Shown here: positions 44,077-45,234 of the stretch, one piece after another
Layout of the letters: every line of letters starts with the position of its first letter
How positions within the stretch are numbered: the stretch's first letter is position 1
Origin: a virus
Lineage: Duplodnaviria > Heunggongvirae > Uroviricota > Caudoviricetes
Virus record (IMG/VR): IMGVR_UViG_2579779009_000005
DNA: 45,234 nt
Reading direction: 5' to 3' (one strand)
Position numbers and translations under genes: made by a program
Notes under the pieces: model-generated
Database searches by the model: none
Seen by the model: only the letters and a program-made list of their open reading frames with translations
What the model was told of the DNA's origin: nothing

Positions 44077-45234
44077 ATGCTGACCGTTAAGCAGATTGAA
44101 GCAGCAAAGCCGAAAGAAAAACCATACCGACTACTCGATGGTAATGGCCTGTACCTTTATGTCCCTGTGTCAGGGAAAAAGGTATGGCAGCTTCGCTACA
44201 AGATTGACGGTAAGGAGAAAATCCTGACTGTCGGAAAATATCCGCTTATGACTTTGCAGGAGGCGAGGGATAAGGCATGGACTGCGAGGAAAGACATCTC
44301 GGTTGGCATCGATCCGGTAAAGGCGAAAAAGGCTTCGTCTAACAACAATTCCTTTAGTGCAATATACAAGGAATGGTACGAGCACAAGAAGCAAGTCTGG
44401 TCAGTAGGCTATGCAACTGAACTTGCAAAAATGTTTGATGACGACATTTTACCCATCATCAGCGGTCTTGAGATTCAGGATATTGAGCCGATGCAACTGC
44501 TGGAAGTAATCCGCAGATTTGAAGATCGCGGTGCAATGGAGCGAGCAAATAAAGCCCGCAGAAGATGCGGCGAGGTTTTCCGTTACGCTATTGTCACTGG
44601 TAGGGCTAAATATAACCCGGCACCTGACCTTGCTGACGCCATGAAGAGATACCGCAAGAAGAACTTCCCGTTTCTTCCTGCAGACCAGATCCCTGCATTC
44701 AACAAAGCACTGGCAACATTTTCAGGAAGTATCGTATCGCTCATTGCGACCAAAGTTTTACGCTACACTGCCCTAAGAACGAAAGAGCTTCGTTCCATGC
44801 TATGGAAGAACGTCGATTTTGAAAACAGGATTATCACCATCGACGCCAGTGTGATGAAGAGCCGCAAGATTCATGTAGTACCGATGTCAGACCAGGTGGT
44901 TGAACTTCTCACTAAGCTAAGCTCAATCACCAAACCAGTATCAGAGTTTGTTTTTGCCGGGCGCAACGATAAGAAGAAGCCAATCTGCGAGAATGCGGTA
45001 CTGCTTGTGATCAAACAAATCGGCTATGAAGGTCTGGAAAGCGGTCACGGATTCAGGCATGAATTCAGCACGATTATGAACGAGCACGAATGGCCTGCTG
45101 ACGCTATTGAAGTGCAACTGGCACATGCCAACGGCGGATCTGTGCGCGGGATTTACAACCATGCTCAGTATCTAGATAAGCGCAGAGAAATGATGCAGTG
45201 GTGGGCGGACTGGCTTGATGGAAAAGTGGAGTAA
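44077..45234 (+). CDS. int: Tyrosine integrase, P4-type (N-terminal arm-binding domain)
   Basis: N-terminus LTVKQIEAAKPKEKPYRLLDGNGLYLYV, C-terminal catalytic region with HGFRHEF and a terminal Tyr-containing segment. ATG at 44077 preferred over the tabulated GTG at 44041. Complete gene ending at the last base of the window. Confidence 0.85.
   Translation: MLTVKQIEAAKPKEKPYRLLDGNGLYLYVPVSGKKVWQLRYKIDGKEKILTVGKYPLMTLQEARDKAWTARKDISVGIDPVKAKKASSNNNSFSAIYKEWYEHKKQVWSVGYATELAKMFDDDILPIISGLEIQDIEPMQLLEVIRRFEDRGAMERANKARRRCGEVFRYAIVTGRAKYNPAPDLADAMKRYRKKNFPFLPADQIPAFNKALATFSGSIVSLIATKVLRYTALRTKELRSMLWKNVDFENRIITIDASVMKSRKIHVVPMSDQVVELLTKLSSITKPVSEFVFAGRNDKKKPICENAVLLVIKQIGYEGLESGHGFRHEFSTIMNEHEWPADAIEVQLAHANGGSVRGIYNHAQYLDKRREMMQWWADWLDGKVE

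Larger units (their letters stand above)
1..45234. mobile_element. Lambdoid prophage interior (no att junction in window)
   Basis: Contiguous phage modules: structural, lysis, Q, nin, replication, cro-OR-cI-OL immunity, Red recombination, xis-int. The ends of the window are still inside phage genes. Confidence 0.85.

Noticed and set aside
1-45234. Prophage att sites or a flanking tRNA integration target
   Set aside because: The window begins at the tail fiber stop and ends at the integrase stop, so both junctions lie outside it. No direct repeat pair or tRNA-like sequence was found inside.
1-45234. CRISPR array, rRNA or tRNA genes
   Set aside because: No regularly spaced direct repeats of CRISPR type and no tRNA-like T-arm/acceptor pattern were seen by eye. 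The only tandem repeats are the ori iterons and the operator palindromes.

Overview
The whole 45.2-kb window lies inside a lambdoid (lambda/HK97-type mosaic) siphovirus prophage from an enterobacterial-like host; no att ends, tRNA, rRNA or CRISPR array is visible, and the window starts at the tail-fiber stop and ends at the integrase stop. Minus strand, 1-33450, in transcription order from high to low coordinates: cro, CII-position gene, O-like initiator with ori iterons, DnaB-like helicase, Ren, nin region (NinB, small Nin ORF, NinG), Q-like antiterminator with late promoter and tandem terminators, lysis cassette (holin, SAR endolysin, Rz/Rz1), terminase small and large subunits, portal, head morphogenesis, protease/scaffold, decoration, major capsid, neck proteins, major tail, chaperone, tape measure, minor tail proteins, J-like tip protein and an SGNH-esterase tail fiber. 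Plus strand, 33568-45234: CI repressor (LexA-like), OL/pL, a ~650-bp ORF-poor leader, small early genes, Gam, Bet and Exo (lambda Red-like), a translationally coupled DGQHR protein / zinc-ribbon protein / MT-A70 methyltransferase triad, several small cargo genes, an AlpA-type excisionase and a P4-type tyrosine integrase. Several AT-rich, terminator-bounded cargo cassettes (morons) interrupt this backbone; the strongest candidates for an undescribed accessory or defence function are the two-gene cassette at 8850-9586, the HExxH peptidase at 16119-16973, the nin-region genes at 27319-29379 and the DGQHR-MTase triad. All family assignments come from reading the translations and from remembered reference sequences; no database search was run.
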